In this document: positions 25,301 to 39,400 of the stretch, piece after piece
How the letters are laid out: each line of letters starts with the position of its first letter
Position numbering within the stretch: position 1 is the first letter of the stretch
Source: Auanema rhodensis
Lineage: Eukaryota > Animalia > Nematoda
NCBI GenBank assembly: GCA_964057225.1
Contig: OZ059898.1
Coordinates: forward strand, 1,612,001 to 1,676,000
Direction of reading: 5' to 3'
Length of the DNA: 64,000 bases
Position numbers and translations under genes: made by a program
The notes under the pieces: generated by a model
Databases searched by the model: none
What the model was told of the DNA's origin: nothing
Seen by the model: the letters and a program-made list of their open reading frames with translations, nothing else

Positions 25301-27376
25301 ATCATAACTAATTTTTGTATTAAGCGTTTCTCAATGTAGTATAGTGCATTCGATGCGGATTTTTAAGCTGCGTCGATCTGTGTTATCAGATTTGCGCTAG
25401 CTTAAAAATGCACCGAGATATCAACTGATATAAGTTCACACTTATATCCTCGATTTTCACCCTGAAGATTTAATTTTTTCGTTGAATAACATTGTCCATC
25501 GTCTTTGCCTTGAAAAATGGAATCTAAAAACATCTACTTTTTGCTAAATTATTTTGAAATTTTTCGAAAAAATTTTTGTCAAAATGTTTTTGGAAGCAAT
25601 GTTGAGTGTACATGGAAACTCAACATACACTAATGCATCATTTTTCAAACGATCATAACTAATTTTTGTATTAAGCGTTTCTCAATGTAGTATAGTGCAT
25701 TCGATGCGGATTTTTAAGCTGCGTCGATCTGTGTTATCAGATTTGCGCTAGCTTAAAAATGCACCGAGATATCAACTGATATAAGTTCACACTTATATCC
25801 TCGATTTTCACCCTGAAGAATTAATTTTTTCGTTGAATAACATTGTCCATCGTTTTTGCCTTGAAAAAAGGAATCTAAAAACATCTACTTTTTGCTAAAT
25901 TATTTTGAAATTTTTCGAAAAAATTTTTGTCAAAATGTTTTTGGAAGCAATGTTGAGTGTACATGGAAACTCAACATACACTAATGCATCATTTTTCAAA
26001 CGATCATAACTAATTTTTATATAAAGCGTTTCTCAATGTAGTATAGTGCATTCGATGCGGATTTTTAAGCTGCGTCGATCTGTGTTATCAGATTTGCGCT
26101 AGCTTAAAAATACACCGAGATATCAACTGATATAAGTTCACACTTATATCCTCGATTTTCACCCTGAAGAATTAATTTTTTCGTTGAATAACATTGTCCA
26201 TCGTTTTTGCCTTGAAAAAAGGAATCTAAAAACATCTACTTTTTGCTAAATTATTTTGAAATTTTTCGAAAAAATTTTTGTCAAAATGTTTTTGGAAGCA
26301 ATGTTGAGTGTACATGGAAACTCAACATACACTAATGCATCATTTTTCAAACGATCATAACTAATTTTTGTATTAAGCGTTTCTCAATGTAGTATAGTGC
26401 ATTCGATGCGGATTTTTAAGCTGCGTCGATCTGTGTTATCAGATTTGCGCTAGCTTAAAAATGCACCGAGATATCAACTGATATAAGTTCACACTTATAT
26501 CCTCGATTTTCACCCTGAAGAATTAATTTTTTCGTTGAATAACATTGTCCATCGTTTTTGCCTTGAAAAAAGGAATCTAAAAACATCTACTTTTTGCTAA
26601 ATTATTTTGAAATTTTTCGAAAAAATTTTTGTCAAAATGTTTTTGGAAGCAATGTTGAGTGTACATGGAAACTCAACATACACTAATGCATCATTTTTCA
26701 AACGATCATAACTAATTTTTGTATTAAGCGTTTCTCAATGTAGTATAGTGCATTCGATGCGGATTTTTAAGCTGCGTCGATCTGTGTTATCAGATTTGCG
26801 CTAGCTTAAAAATGCACCGAGATATCAACTGATATAAGTTCACACTTATATCCTCGATTTTCACCCTGAAGATTTAATTTTTTCGTTGAATAACATTGTC
26901 CATCGTCTTTGCCTTGAAAAATGGAATCTAAAAACATCTACTTTTTGCTAAATTATTTTGAAATTTTTCGAAAAAATTTTTGTCAAAATGTTTTTGGAAG
27001 CAATGTTGAGTGTACATGGAAACTCAACATACACTAATGCATCATTTTTCAAACGATCATAACTAATTTTTGTATTAAGCGTTTCTCAATGTAGTATAGT
27101 GCATTCGATGCGGATTTTTAAGCTGCGTCGATCTGTGTTATCAGATTTGCGCTAGCTTAAAAATGCACCGAGATATCAACTGATATAAGTTCACACTTAT
27201 ATCCTCGATTTTCACCCTGAAGAATTAATTTTTTCGTTGAATAACATTGTCCATCGTTTTTGCCTTGAAAAAAGGAATCTAAAAACATCTACTTTTTGCT
27301 AAATTATTTTGAAATTTTTCGAAAAAATTTTTGTCAAAATGTTTTTGGAACCAATGTTGAGTGTACATGGAAACTC

Positions 27377-30184
27377 AACATACACTAATGCATCATTTTT
27401 CAAACGATCATAACTAATTTTTGTATTAAGCGTTTCTCAATGTAGTATAGTGCATTCGATGCGGATTTTTAAGCTGCGTCGATCTGTGTTATCAGATTTG
27501 CGCTAGCTTAAAAATGCACCGAGATATCAACTGATATAAGTTCACACTTATATCCTCGATTTTCACCCTGAAGATTTAATTTTTTCGTTGAATAACATTG
27601 TCCATCGTCTTTGCCTTGAAAAATAAAATCTAAAAACATCTACTTTTTGCTAAATTATTTTGAAATTTTTCGAAAAAATTTTTGTCAAAATGTTTTTGGA
27701 AGCAATGTTGAGTGTACATGGAAACTCAACATACACTAATGCATCATTTTTCAAACGATCATAACTAATTTTTGTATTAAGCGTTTCTCAATGTATTATA
27801 GTGCATTCGATGCGGATTTTTAAGCTGCGTCGATCTGTGTTATCAGATTTGCGCTAGCTTAAAAATGCACCGAGATATCAACTGATATAAGTTCACACTT
27901 ATATCCTCGATTTTCACCCTGAAGATTTAATTTTTTCGTTGAATAACATTGTCCATCGTCTTTGCCTTGAAAAATAAAATCTAAAAACATCTACTTTTTG
28001 CTAAATTATTTTGAAATTTTTCGAAAAAATTTTTGTCAAAATGTTTTTGGAAGCAATGTTGAGTGTACATGGAAACTCAACATACACTAATGCATCATTT
28101 TTCAAACGATCATAACTAATTTTTGTATTAAGCGTTTCTCAATGTATTATAGTGCATTCGATGCGGATTTTTAAGCTGCGTCGATCTGTGTTATCAGATT
28201 TGCGCTAGCTTAAAAATGCACCGAGATATCAACTGATATAAGTTCACACTTATATCCTCGATTTTCACCCTGAAGAATTAATTTTTTCGTTGAATAACAT
28301 TGTCCATCGTCTTTGCCTTGAAAAAAGGAATCTAAAAACATCTACTTTTTGCTAAATTATTTTGAAATTTTTCGAAAAAATTTTTGTCAAAATGTTTTTG
28401 GAAGCAATGTTGAGTGTACATGGAAACTCAACATACACTAATGCATCATTTTTCAAACGATCATAACTAATTTTTGTATTAAGCGTTTCTCAATGTAGTA
28501 TAGTGCATTCGATGCGGATTTTTAAGCTGCGTCGATCTGTGTTATCAGATTTGCGCTAGCTTAAAAATGCACCGAGATATCAACTGATATAAGTTCACAC
28601 TTATATCCTCGATTTTCACCCTGAAGATTTAATTTTTTCGTTGAATAACATTGTCCATCGTCTTTGCCTTGAAAAATAAAATCTAAAAACATCTACTTTT
28701 TGCTAAATTATTTTGAAAATTTTCGAAAAAATTTTTGTCAAAATGTTTTTGGAAGCAATGTTGAGTGTACATGGAAACTCAACATACACTAATGCATCAT
28801 TTTTCAAACGATCATAACTAATTTTTGTATTAAGCGTTTCTCAATGTAGTATAGTGCATTCGATGCGGATTTTTAAGCTGCGTCGATCTGTGTTATCAGA
28901 TTTGCGCTAGCTTAAAAATGCACCGAGATATCAACTGATATAAGTTCACACTTATATCCTCGATTTTCACCCTGAAGATTTAATTTTTTCGTTGAATAAC
29001 ATTGTCCATCGTCTTTGCCTTGAAAAATAAAATCTAAAAACATCTACTTTTTGCTAAATTATTTTGAAATTTTTCGAAAAAATTTTTGTCAAAATGTTTT
29101 TGGAAGCAATGTTGAGTGTACATGGAAACTCAACATACACTAATGCATCATTTTTCAAACGATCATAACTAATTTTTGTATTAAGCGTTTCTCAATGTAT
29201 TATAGTGCATTCGATGCGGATTTTTAAGCTGCGTCGATCTGTGTTATCAGATTTGCGCTAGCTTAAAAATGCACCGAGATATCAACTGATATAAGTTCAC
29301 ACTTATATCCTCGATTTTCACCCTGAAGATTTAATTTTTTCGTTGAATAACATTGTCCATCGTCTTTGCCTTGAAAAATAAAATCTAAAAACATCTACTT
29401 TTTGCTAAATTATTTTGAAATTTTTCGAAAAAATTTTTGTCAAAATGTTTTTGGAAGCAATGTTGAGTGTACATGGAAACTCAACATACACTAATGCATC
29501 ATTTTTCAAACGATCATAACTAATTTTTGTATTAAGCGTTTCTCAATGTATTATAGTGCATTCGATGCGGATTTTTAAGCTGCGTCGATCTGTGTTATCA
29601 GATTTGCGCTAGCTTAAAAATGCACCGAGATATCAACTGATATAAGTTCACACTTATATCCTCGATTTTCACCCTGAAGAATTAATTTTTTCGTTGAATA
29701 ACATTGTCCATCGTCTTTGCCTTGAAAAAAGGAATCTAAAAACATCTACTTTTTGCTAAATTATTTTGAAATTTTTCGAAAAAATTTTTGTCAAAATGTT
29801 TTTGGAAGCAATGTTGAGTGTACATGGAAACTCAACATACACTAATGCATCATTTTTCAAACGATCATAACTAATTTTTGTATTAAGCGTTTCTCAATGT
29901 AGTATAGTGCATTCGATGCGGATTTTTAAGCTGCGTCGATCTGTGTTATCAGATTTGCGCTAGCTTAAAAATGCACCGAGATATCAACTGATATAAGTTC
30001 ACACTTATATCCTCGATTTTCACCCTGAAGATTTAATTTTTTCGTTGAATAACATTGTCCATCGTCTTTGCCTTGAAAAATAAAATCTAAAAACATCTAC
30101 TTTTTGCTAAATTATTTTGAAATTTTTCGAAAAAATTTTTGTCAAAATGTTTTTGGAAGCAATGTTGAGTGTACATGGAAACTC
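27377..30184. repeat. Higher-order repeat: 4-monomer unit (1404 bp) x2
   Basis: The order B' / G69T-B' / G69T-hybrid / B' occurs twice (B' = haplotype B with AAAATAAAATC instead of AAAATGGAATC). Confidence 0.88.
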
Positions 30185-32289
30185 AACATACACTAATGCA
30201 TCATTTTTCAAACGATCATAACTAATTTTTGTATTAAGCGTTTCTCAATGTAGTATAGTGCATTCGATGCGGATTTTTAAGCTGCGTCGATCTGTGTTAT
30301 CAGATTTGCGCTAGCTTAAAAATGCACCGAGATATCAACTGATATAAGTTCACACTTATATCCTCGATTTTCACCCTGAAGATTTAATTTTTTCGTTGAA
30401 TAACATTGTCCATCGTCTTTGCCTTGAAAAATGGAATCTAAAAACATCTACTTCTTGCTAAATTATTTTGAAATTTTTCGAAAAAATTTTTGTCAAAATG
30501 TTTTTGGAAGCAATGTTGAGTGTACATGGAAACTCAACATACACTAATGCATCATTTTTCAAACGATCATAACTAATTTTTGTATTAAGCGTTTCTCAAT
30601 GTAGTATAGTGCATTCGATGCGGATTTTTAAGCTGCGTCGATCTGTGTTATCAGATTTGCGCTAGCTTAAAAATGCACCGAGATATCAACTGATATAAGT
30701 TCACACTTATATCCTCGATTTTCACCCTGAAGATTTAATTTTTTCGTTGAATAACATTGTCCATCGTCTTTGCCTTGAAAAATGGAATCTAAAAACATCT
30801 ACTTTTTGCTAAATTATTTTGAAATTTTTCGAAAAAATTTTTGTCAAAATGTTTTTGGAAGCAATGTTGAGTGTACATGGAAACTCAACATACACTAATG
30901 CATCATTTTTCAAACGATCATAACTAATTTTTGTATTAAGCGTTTCTCAATGTAGTATAGTGCATTCGATGCGGATTTTTAAGCTGCGTCGATCTGTGTT
31001 ATCAGATTTGCGCTAGCTTAAAAATGCACCGAGATATCAACTGATATAAGTTCACACTTATATCCTCGATTTTCACCCTGAAGAATTAATTTTTTCGTTG
31101 AATAACATTGTCCATCGTTTTTGCCTTGAAAAAAGGAATCTAAAAACATCTACTTTTTGCTAAATTATTTTGAAATTTTTCGAAAAAATTTTTGTCAAAA
31201 TGTTTTTGGAAGCAATGTTGAGTGTACATGGAAACTCAACATACACTAATGCATCATTTTTCAAACGATCATAACTAATTTTTGTATTAAGCGTTTCTCA
31301 ATGTAGTATAGTGCATTCGATGCGGATTTTTAAGCTGCGTCGATCTGTGTTATCAGATTTGCGCTAGCTTAAAAATGCACCGAGATATCAACTGATATAA
31401 GTTCACACTTATATCCTCGATTTTCACCCTGAAGAATTAATTTTTTCGTTGAATAACATTGTCCATCGTTTTTGCCTTGAAAAAAGGAATCTAAAAACAT
31501 CTACTTTTTGCTAAATTATTTTGAAATTTTTCGAAAAAATTTTTGTCAAAATGTTTTTGGAAGCAATGTTGAGTGTACATGGAAACTCAACATACACTAA
31601 TGCATCATTTTTCAAACGATCATAACTAATTTTTGTATTAAGCGTTTCTCAATGTAGTATAGTGCATTCGATGCGGATTTTTAAGCTGCGTCGATCTGTG
31701 TTATCAGATTTGCGCTAGCTTAAAAATGCACCGAGATATCAACTGATATAAGTTCACACTTATATCCTCGATTTTCACCCTGAAGAATTAATTTTTTCGT
31801 TGAATAACATTGTCCATCGTTTTTGCCTTGAAAAAAGGAATCTAAAAACATCTACTTTTTGCTAAATTATTTTGAAATTTTTCGAAAAAATTTTTGTCAA
31901 AATGTTTTTGGAAGCAATGTTGAGTGTACATGGAAATCAACATACACTAATGCATCATTTTTCAAACGATCATAACTAATTTTTGTATTAAGCGTTTCTC
32001 AATGTATTATAGTGCATTCGATGCGGATTTTTAAGCTGCGTCGATCTGTGTTATCAGATTTGCGCTAGCTTAAAAATGCACCGAGATATCAACTGATATA
32101 AGTTCACACTTATATCCTCGATTTTCACCCTGAAGAATTAATTTTTTCGTTGAATAACATTGTCCATCGTCTTTGCCTTGAAAAAAGGAATCTAAAAACA
32201 TCTACTTTTTGCTAAATTATTTTGAAATTTTCCGAAAAAATTTTTGTCAAAGTGTTTTTGGAAGCAATGTTGAGTGTACATGGAAACTC

Positions 32290-35200
32290 AACATACACTA
32301 ATGCATCATTTTTCAAACGATCATAACTAATTTTTGTATTAAGCGTTTCTCAATGTAGTATAGTGCATTCGATGCGGATTTTTAAGCTGCGTCGATCTGT
32401 GTTATCAGATTTGCGCTAGCTTAAAAATGCACCGAGATATCAACTGATATAAGTTCACACTTATATCCTCGATTTTCACCCTGAAGATTTAATTTTTTCG
32501 TTGAATAACATTGTCCATCGTCTTTGCCTTGAAAAATAAAATCTAAAAACATCTACTTTTTGCTAAATTATTTTGAAATTTTTCGAAAAAATTTTTGTCA
32601 AAATGTTTTTGGAAGCAATGTTGAGTGTACATGGAAACTCAACATACACTAATGCATCATTTTTCAAACGATCATAACTAATTTTTGTATTAAGCGTTTC
32701 TCAATGTGGTATAGTGCATTCGATGCGGATTTTTAAGCTGCGTCGATCTGTGTTATCAGATTTGCGCTAGCTTAAAAATGCACCGAGATATCAACTGATA
32801 TAAGTTCACACTTATATCCTCGATTTTCACCCTGAAGATTTAATTTTTTCGTTGAATAACATTGTCCATCGTCTTTGCCTTGAAAAATGGAATCTAAAAA
32901 CATCTACTTCTTGCTAAATTATTTTGAAATTTTTCGAAAAAATTTTTGTCAAAATGTTTTTGGAAGCAATGTTGAGTGTACATGGAAACTCAACATACAC
33001 TAATGCATCATTTTTCAAACGATCATAACTAATTTTTGTATTAAGCGTTTCTCAATGTAGTATAGTGCATTCGATGCGGATTTTTAAGCTGCGTCGATCT
33101 GTGTTATCAGATTTGCGCTAGCTTAAAAATGCACCGAGATATCAACTGATATAAGTTCACACTTATATCCTCGATTTTCACCCTGAAGAATTAATTTTTT
33201 CGTTGAATAACATTGTCCATCGTTTTTGCCTTGAAAAAAGGAATCTAAAAACATCTACTTTTTGCTAAATTATTTTGAAATTTTTCGAAAAAATTTTTGT
33301 CAAAATGTTTTTGGAAGCAATGTTGAGTGTACATGGAAACTCAACATACACTAATGCATCATTTTTCAAACGATCATAACTAATTTTTGTATTAAGCGTT
33401 TCTCAATGTAGTATAGTGCATTCGATGCGGATTTTTAAGCTGCGTCGATCTGTGTTATCAGATTTGCGCTAGCTTAAAAATGCACCGAGATATCAACTGA
33501 TATAAGTTCACACTTATATCCTCGATTTTCACCCTGAAGATTTAATTTTTTCGTTGAATAACATTGTCCATCGTCTTTGCCTTGAAAAATAAAATCTAAA
33601 AACATCTACTTTTTGCTAAATTATTTTGAAATTTTTCGAAAAAATTTTTGTCAAAATGTTTTTGGAAGCAATGTTGAGTGTACATGGAAACTCAACATAC
33701 ACTAATGCATCATTTTTCAAACGATCATAACTAATTTTTGTATTAAGCGTTTCTCAATGTGGTATAGTGCATTCGATGCGGATTTTTAAGCTGCGTCGAT
33801 CTGTGTTATCAGATTTGCGCTAGCTTAAAAATGCACCGAGATATCAACTGATATAAGTTCACACTTATATCCTCGATTTTCACCCTGAAGATTTAATTTT
33901 TTCGTTGAATAACATTGTCCATCGTCTTTGCCTTGAAAAATGGAATCTAAAAACATCTACTTCTTGCTAAATTATTTTGAAATTTTTCGAAAAAATTTTT
34001 GTCAAAATGTTTTTGGAAGCAATGTTGAGTGTACATGGAAACTCAACATACACTAATGCATCATTTTTCAAACGATCATAACTAATTTTTGTATTAAGCG
34101 TTTCTCAATGTAGTATAGTGCATTCGATGCGGATTTTTAAGCTGCGTCGATCTGTGTTATCAGATTTGCGCTAGCTTAAAAATGCACCGAGATATCAACT
34201 GATATAAGTTCACACTTATATCCTCGATTTTCACCCTGAAGAATTAATTTTTTCGTTGAATAACATTGTCCATCGTTTTTGCCTTGAAAAAAGGAATCTA
34301 AAAACATCTACTTTTTGCTAAATTATTTTGAAATTTTTCGAAAAAATTTTTGTCAAAATGTTTTTGGAAGCAATGTTGAGTGTACATGGAAACTCAACAT
34401 ACACTAATGCATCATTTTTCAAACGATCATAACTAATTTTTGTATTAAGCGTTTCTCAATGTAGTATAGTGCATTCGATGCGGATTTTTAAGCTGCGTCG
34501 ATCTGTGTTATCAGATTTGCGCTAGCTTAAAAATGCACCGAGATATCAACTGATATAAGTTCACACTTATATCCTCGATTTTCACCCTGAAGAATTAATT
34601 TTTTCGTTGAATAACATTGTCCATCGTTTTTGCCTTGAAAAAAGGAGTCTAAAAACATCTACTTTTTGCTAAATTATTTTGAAATTTTTCGAAAAAATTT
34701 TTGTCAAAATGTTTTTGGAAGCAATGTTGAGTGTACATGGAAATCAACATACACTAATGCATCATTTTTCAAACGATCATAACTAATTTTTGTATTAAGC
34801 GTTTCTCAATGTATTATAGTGCATTCGATGCGGATTTTTAAGCTGCGTCGATCTGTGTTATCAGATTTGCGCTAGCTTAAAAATGCACCGAGATATCAAC
34901 TGATATAAGTTCACACTTATATCCTCGATTTTCACCCTGAAGATTTAATTTTTTCGTTGAATAACATTGTCCATCGTCTTTGCCTTGAAAAATAAAATCT
35001 AAAAACATCTACTTTTTGCTAAATTATTTTGAAATTTTCCGAAAAAATTTTTGTCAAAATGTTTTTGGAAGCAATGTTGAGTGTACATGGAAACTCAACA
35101 TACACTAATGCATCATTTTTCAAACGATCATAACTAATTTTTGTATTAAGCGTTTCTCAATGTGGTATAGTGCATTCGATGCGGATTTTTAAGCTGCGTC

Positions 35201-36497
35201 GATCTGTGTTATCAGATTTGCGCTAGCTTAAAAATGCACCGAGATATCAACTGATATAAGTTCACACTTATATCCTCGATTTTCACCCTGAAGATTTGAT
35301 TTTTTCGTTGAATAACATTGTCCATCGTCTTTGCCTTGAAAAATGGAATCTAAAAACATCTACTTTTTGCTAAATTATTTTGAAATTTTTCGAAAAAATT
35401 TTTGTCAAAATGTTTTTGGAAGCAATGTTGAGTGTACATGGAAACTCAACATACACTAATGCATCATTTTTCAAACGATCATAACTAATTTTTGTATTAA
35501 GCGTTTCTCAATGTAGTATAGTGCATTCGATGCGGATTTTTAAGCTGCGTCGATCTGTGTTATCAGATTTGCGCTAGCTTAAAAATGCACCGAGATATCA
35601 ACTGATATAAGTTCACACTTATATCCTCGATTTTCACCCTGAAGAATTAATTTTTTCGTTGAATAACATTGTCCATCGTTTTTGCCTTGAAAAAAGGAAT
35701 CTAAAAACATCTACTTTTTGCTAAATTATTTTGAAATTTTTCGAAAAAATTTTTGTCAAAATGTTTTTGGAAGCAATGTTGAGTGTACATGGAAATCAAC
35801 ATACACTAATGCATCATTTTTCAAACGATCATAACTAATTTTTGTATTAAGCGTTTCTCAATGTATTATAGTGCATTCGATGCGGATTTTTAAGCTGCGT
35901 CGATCTGTGTTATCAGATTTGCGCTAGCTTAAAAATGCACCGAGATATCAACTGATATAAGTTCACACTTATATCCTCGATTTTCACCCTGAAGATTTAA
36001 TTTTTTCGTTGAATAACATTGTCCATCGTCTTTGCCTTGAAAAATAAAATCTAAAAACATCTACTTTTTGCTAAATTATTTTGAAATTTTCCGAAAAAAT
36101 TTTTGTCAAAATGTTTTTGGAAGCAATGTTGAGTGTACATGGAAACTCAACATACACTAATGCATCATTTTTCAAACGATCATAACTAATTTTTGTATTA
36201 AGCGTTTCTCAATGTGGTATAGTGCATTCGATGCGGATTTTTAAGCTGCGTCGATCTGTGTTATCAGATTTGCGCTAGCTTAAATGCACCGAGATATCAA
36301 CTGATATAAGTTCACACTTATATCCTCGATTTTCACCCTGAAGATTTAATTTTTTCGTTGAATAACATTGTCCATCGTCTTTGCCTTGAAAAATGGAATC
36401 TAAAAACATCTACTTCTTGCTAAATTATTTTGAAATTTTTCGAAAAAATTTTTGTCAAAATGTTTTTGGAAGCAATGTTGAGTGTACATGGAAACTC
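32290..36497. repeat. Higher-order repeat: 3-monomer periodicity (~1053 bp), about 4 units
   Basis: B' / A68G-B(+T270C) / A is repeated. M93-95 = M96-98, and M99-101 is similar to M102-104, including a shared 1-bp deletion. Confidence 0.85.
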
Positions 36498-39400
36498 AAC
36501 ATACACTAATGCATCATTTTTCAAACGATCATAACTAATTTTTGTATTAAGCGTTTTTCAATGTAGTATAGTGCATTCGATGCGGATTTTTAAGCTGCGT
36601 CGATCTGTGTTATCAGATTTGCGCTAGCTTAAAAATGCACCGAGATATCAACTGATATAAGTTCACACTTATATCCTCGATTTTCACCCTGAAGATTTAA
36701 TTTTTTCGTTGAATAACATTGTCCATCGTCTTTGCCTTGAAAAATGGAATCTAAAAACATCTACTTTTTGCTAAATTATTTTGAAATTTTTCGAAAAAAT
36801 TTTTGTCAAAATGTTTTTGGAAGCAATGTTGAGTGTACATGGAAACTCAACATACACTAATGCATCATTTTTCAAACGATCATAACTAATTTTTGTATTA
36901 AGCGTTTCTCAATGTAGTATAGTGCATTCGATGCGGATTTTTAAGCTGCGTCGATCTGTGTTATCAGATTTGCGCTAGCTTAAAAATGCACCGAGATATC
37001 AACTGATATAAGTTCACACTTATATCCTCGATTTTCACCCTGAAGAATAAATTTTTTCGTTGAATAACATTGTCCATCGTCTTTGCCTCGAAAAAAGGAA
37101 TCTAAAAACATCTACTTTTTGCTAAATTATTTTGAAATTTTTCGAAAAAATTTTTGTCAAAATGTTTTTGGAAGCAATGTTGAGTGTACATGGAAACTCA
37201 ACATACACTAATGCATCATTTTTCAAACGATCATAACTAATTTTTGTATTAAGCGTTTCTCAATGTAGTATAGTGCATTCGATGCGGATTTTTAAGCTGC
37301 GTCGATCTGTGTTATCAGATTTGCGCTAGCTTAAAAATGCACCGAGATATCAACTGATATAAGTTCACACTTATATCCTCCATTTTCACCCTGAAGAATA
37401 AATTTTTTCGTTGAATAACATTGTCCATCGTCTTTGCCTTGAAAAAAGGAATCTAAAAACATCTACTTTTTGCTAAATTATTTTGAAATTTTTCGAAAAA
37501 ATTTTTGTCAAAATGTTTTTGGAAGCAATGTTGAGTGTACATGGAAACTCAACATACACTAATGCATCATTTTTCAAACGATCATAACTAATTTTTGTAT
37601 TAAGCGTTTCTCAATGTAGTATAGTGCATTCGATGCGGATTTTTAAGCTGCGTCGATCTGTGTTATCAGATTTGCGCTAGCTTAAAAATGCACCGAGATA
37701 TCAACTGATATAAGTTCACACTTATATCCTCGATTTTCACCCTGAAGAATTAATTTTTTTGTTGAATAACATTGTCCATCGTCTTTGCCTTGAAAAAAGG
37801 AATCTAAAAACATCTACTTTTTGCTAAATTATTTTGAAATTTTTCGAAAAAATTTTTGTCAAAATGTTTTTGGAAGCAATGTTGAGTGTACATGGAAACT
37901 CAACATACACTAATGCATCATTTTTCAAACGATCATAACTAATTTTTGTATTAAGCGTTTCTCAATGTAGTATAGTGCATTCGATGCGGATTTTTAAGCT
38001 GCGTCGATCTGTGTTATCAGATTTGCGCTAGCTTAAAAATGCACCGAGATATCAACTGATATAAGTTCACACTTATATCCTCGATTTTCACCCTGAAGAA
38101 TAAATTTTTTCGTTGAATAACATTGTCCATCGTCTTTGCCTTGAAAAAAGGAATCTAAAAACATCTACTTTTTGCTAAATTATTCTGAAATTTTTCGAAA
38201 AAATTTTTGTCAAAATGTTTTTGGAAGCAATGTTGAGTGTACATGGAAACTCAACATACACTAATGCATCATTTTTCAAACGATCATAACTAATTTTTGT
38301 ATTAAGCGTTTCTCAATGTAGTATAGTGCATTCGATGCGGATTTTTAAGCTGCGTCGATCTGTGTTATCAGATTTGCGCTAGCTTAGAAATGCACCGAGA
38401 TATCAACTGATATAAGTTCACACTTATATCCTCGATTTTGACCCTGAAGAATTAATTTTTTCGTTGAATAACATTGTCCATCGTCTTTGCCTTGAAAAAA
38501 GGAATCTAAAAACATCTACTTTTTGCTAAATTATTTTGAAATTTTTCGAAAAAATTTTTGTCAAAATGTTTTTGGAAGCAATGTTGAGTGTACATGGAAA
38601 CTCAACATACACTAATGCATCATTTTTCAAACGATCATAACTAATTTTTGTAGTAAGCGTTTCTCAATGTAGTATAGTGCATTCGATGCGGATTTTTAAG
38701 CTGCGTCGATCTGTGTTATCAGATTTGCGCTAGCTTAAAAATGCACCGAGATATCAACTGATATAAGTTCACACTTATATCCTCGATTTTCACCCTGAAG
38801 AATTAATTTTTTCGTTGAATAACATTGTCCATCGTCTTTGCCTTGAAAAAAGAAATCTAAAAACATCTACTTCTCGCTAAATTATTTTGAAATTTTTCGA
38901 AAAAATTTTTGTCAAAATGTTTTTGGAAGCAATGTTAAGTGTACATGGAAACTCAACATACACTAATGCATCATTTTTCAAACGATCATAACTAATTTTT
39001 GTATTAAGCGTTTCTCAATGTAGTATAGTGCATTCGATGCGGATTTTTAAGCTGCGTCGATCTGTGTTATCAGATTTGCGCTAGCTTAAAAATGCACCGA
39101 GATATCAACTGATATAAGTTCACACTTATATCCTCGATTTTCACCCTGAAGATTTAATTTTTTCGTTGAATAACATTGTCCATCGTCTTTGCCTTGAAAA
39201 ATGGAATCTAAAAACATCTACTTTTTGCTAAATTATTTTGAAATTTTTCGAAAAAATTTTTGTCAAAATGTTTTTGGAAGCAATGTTGAGTGTACATGGA
39301 AACTCAACATACACTAATGCATCATTTTTCAAACGATCATAACTAATTTTTGTATTAAGCGTTTCTCAATGTAGTATAGTGCATTCGATGCGGATTTTTA

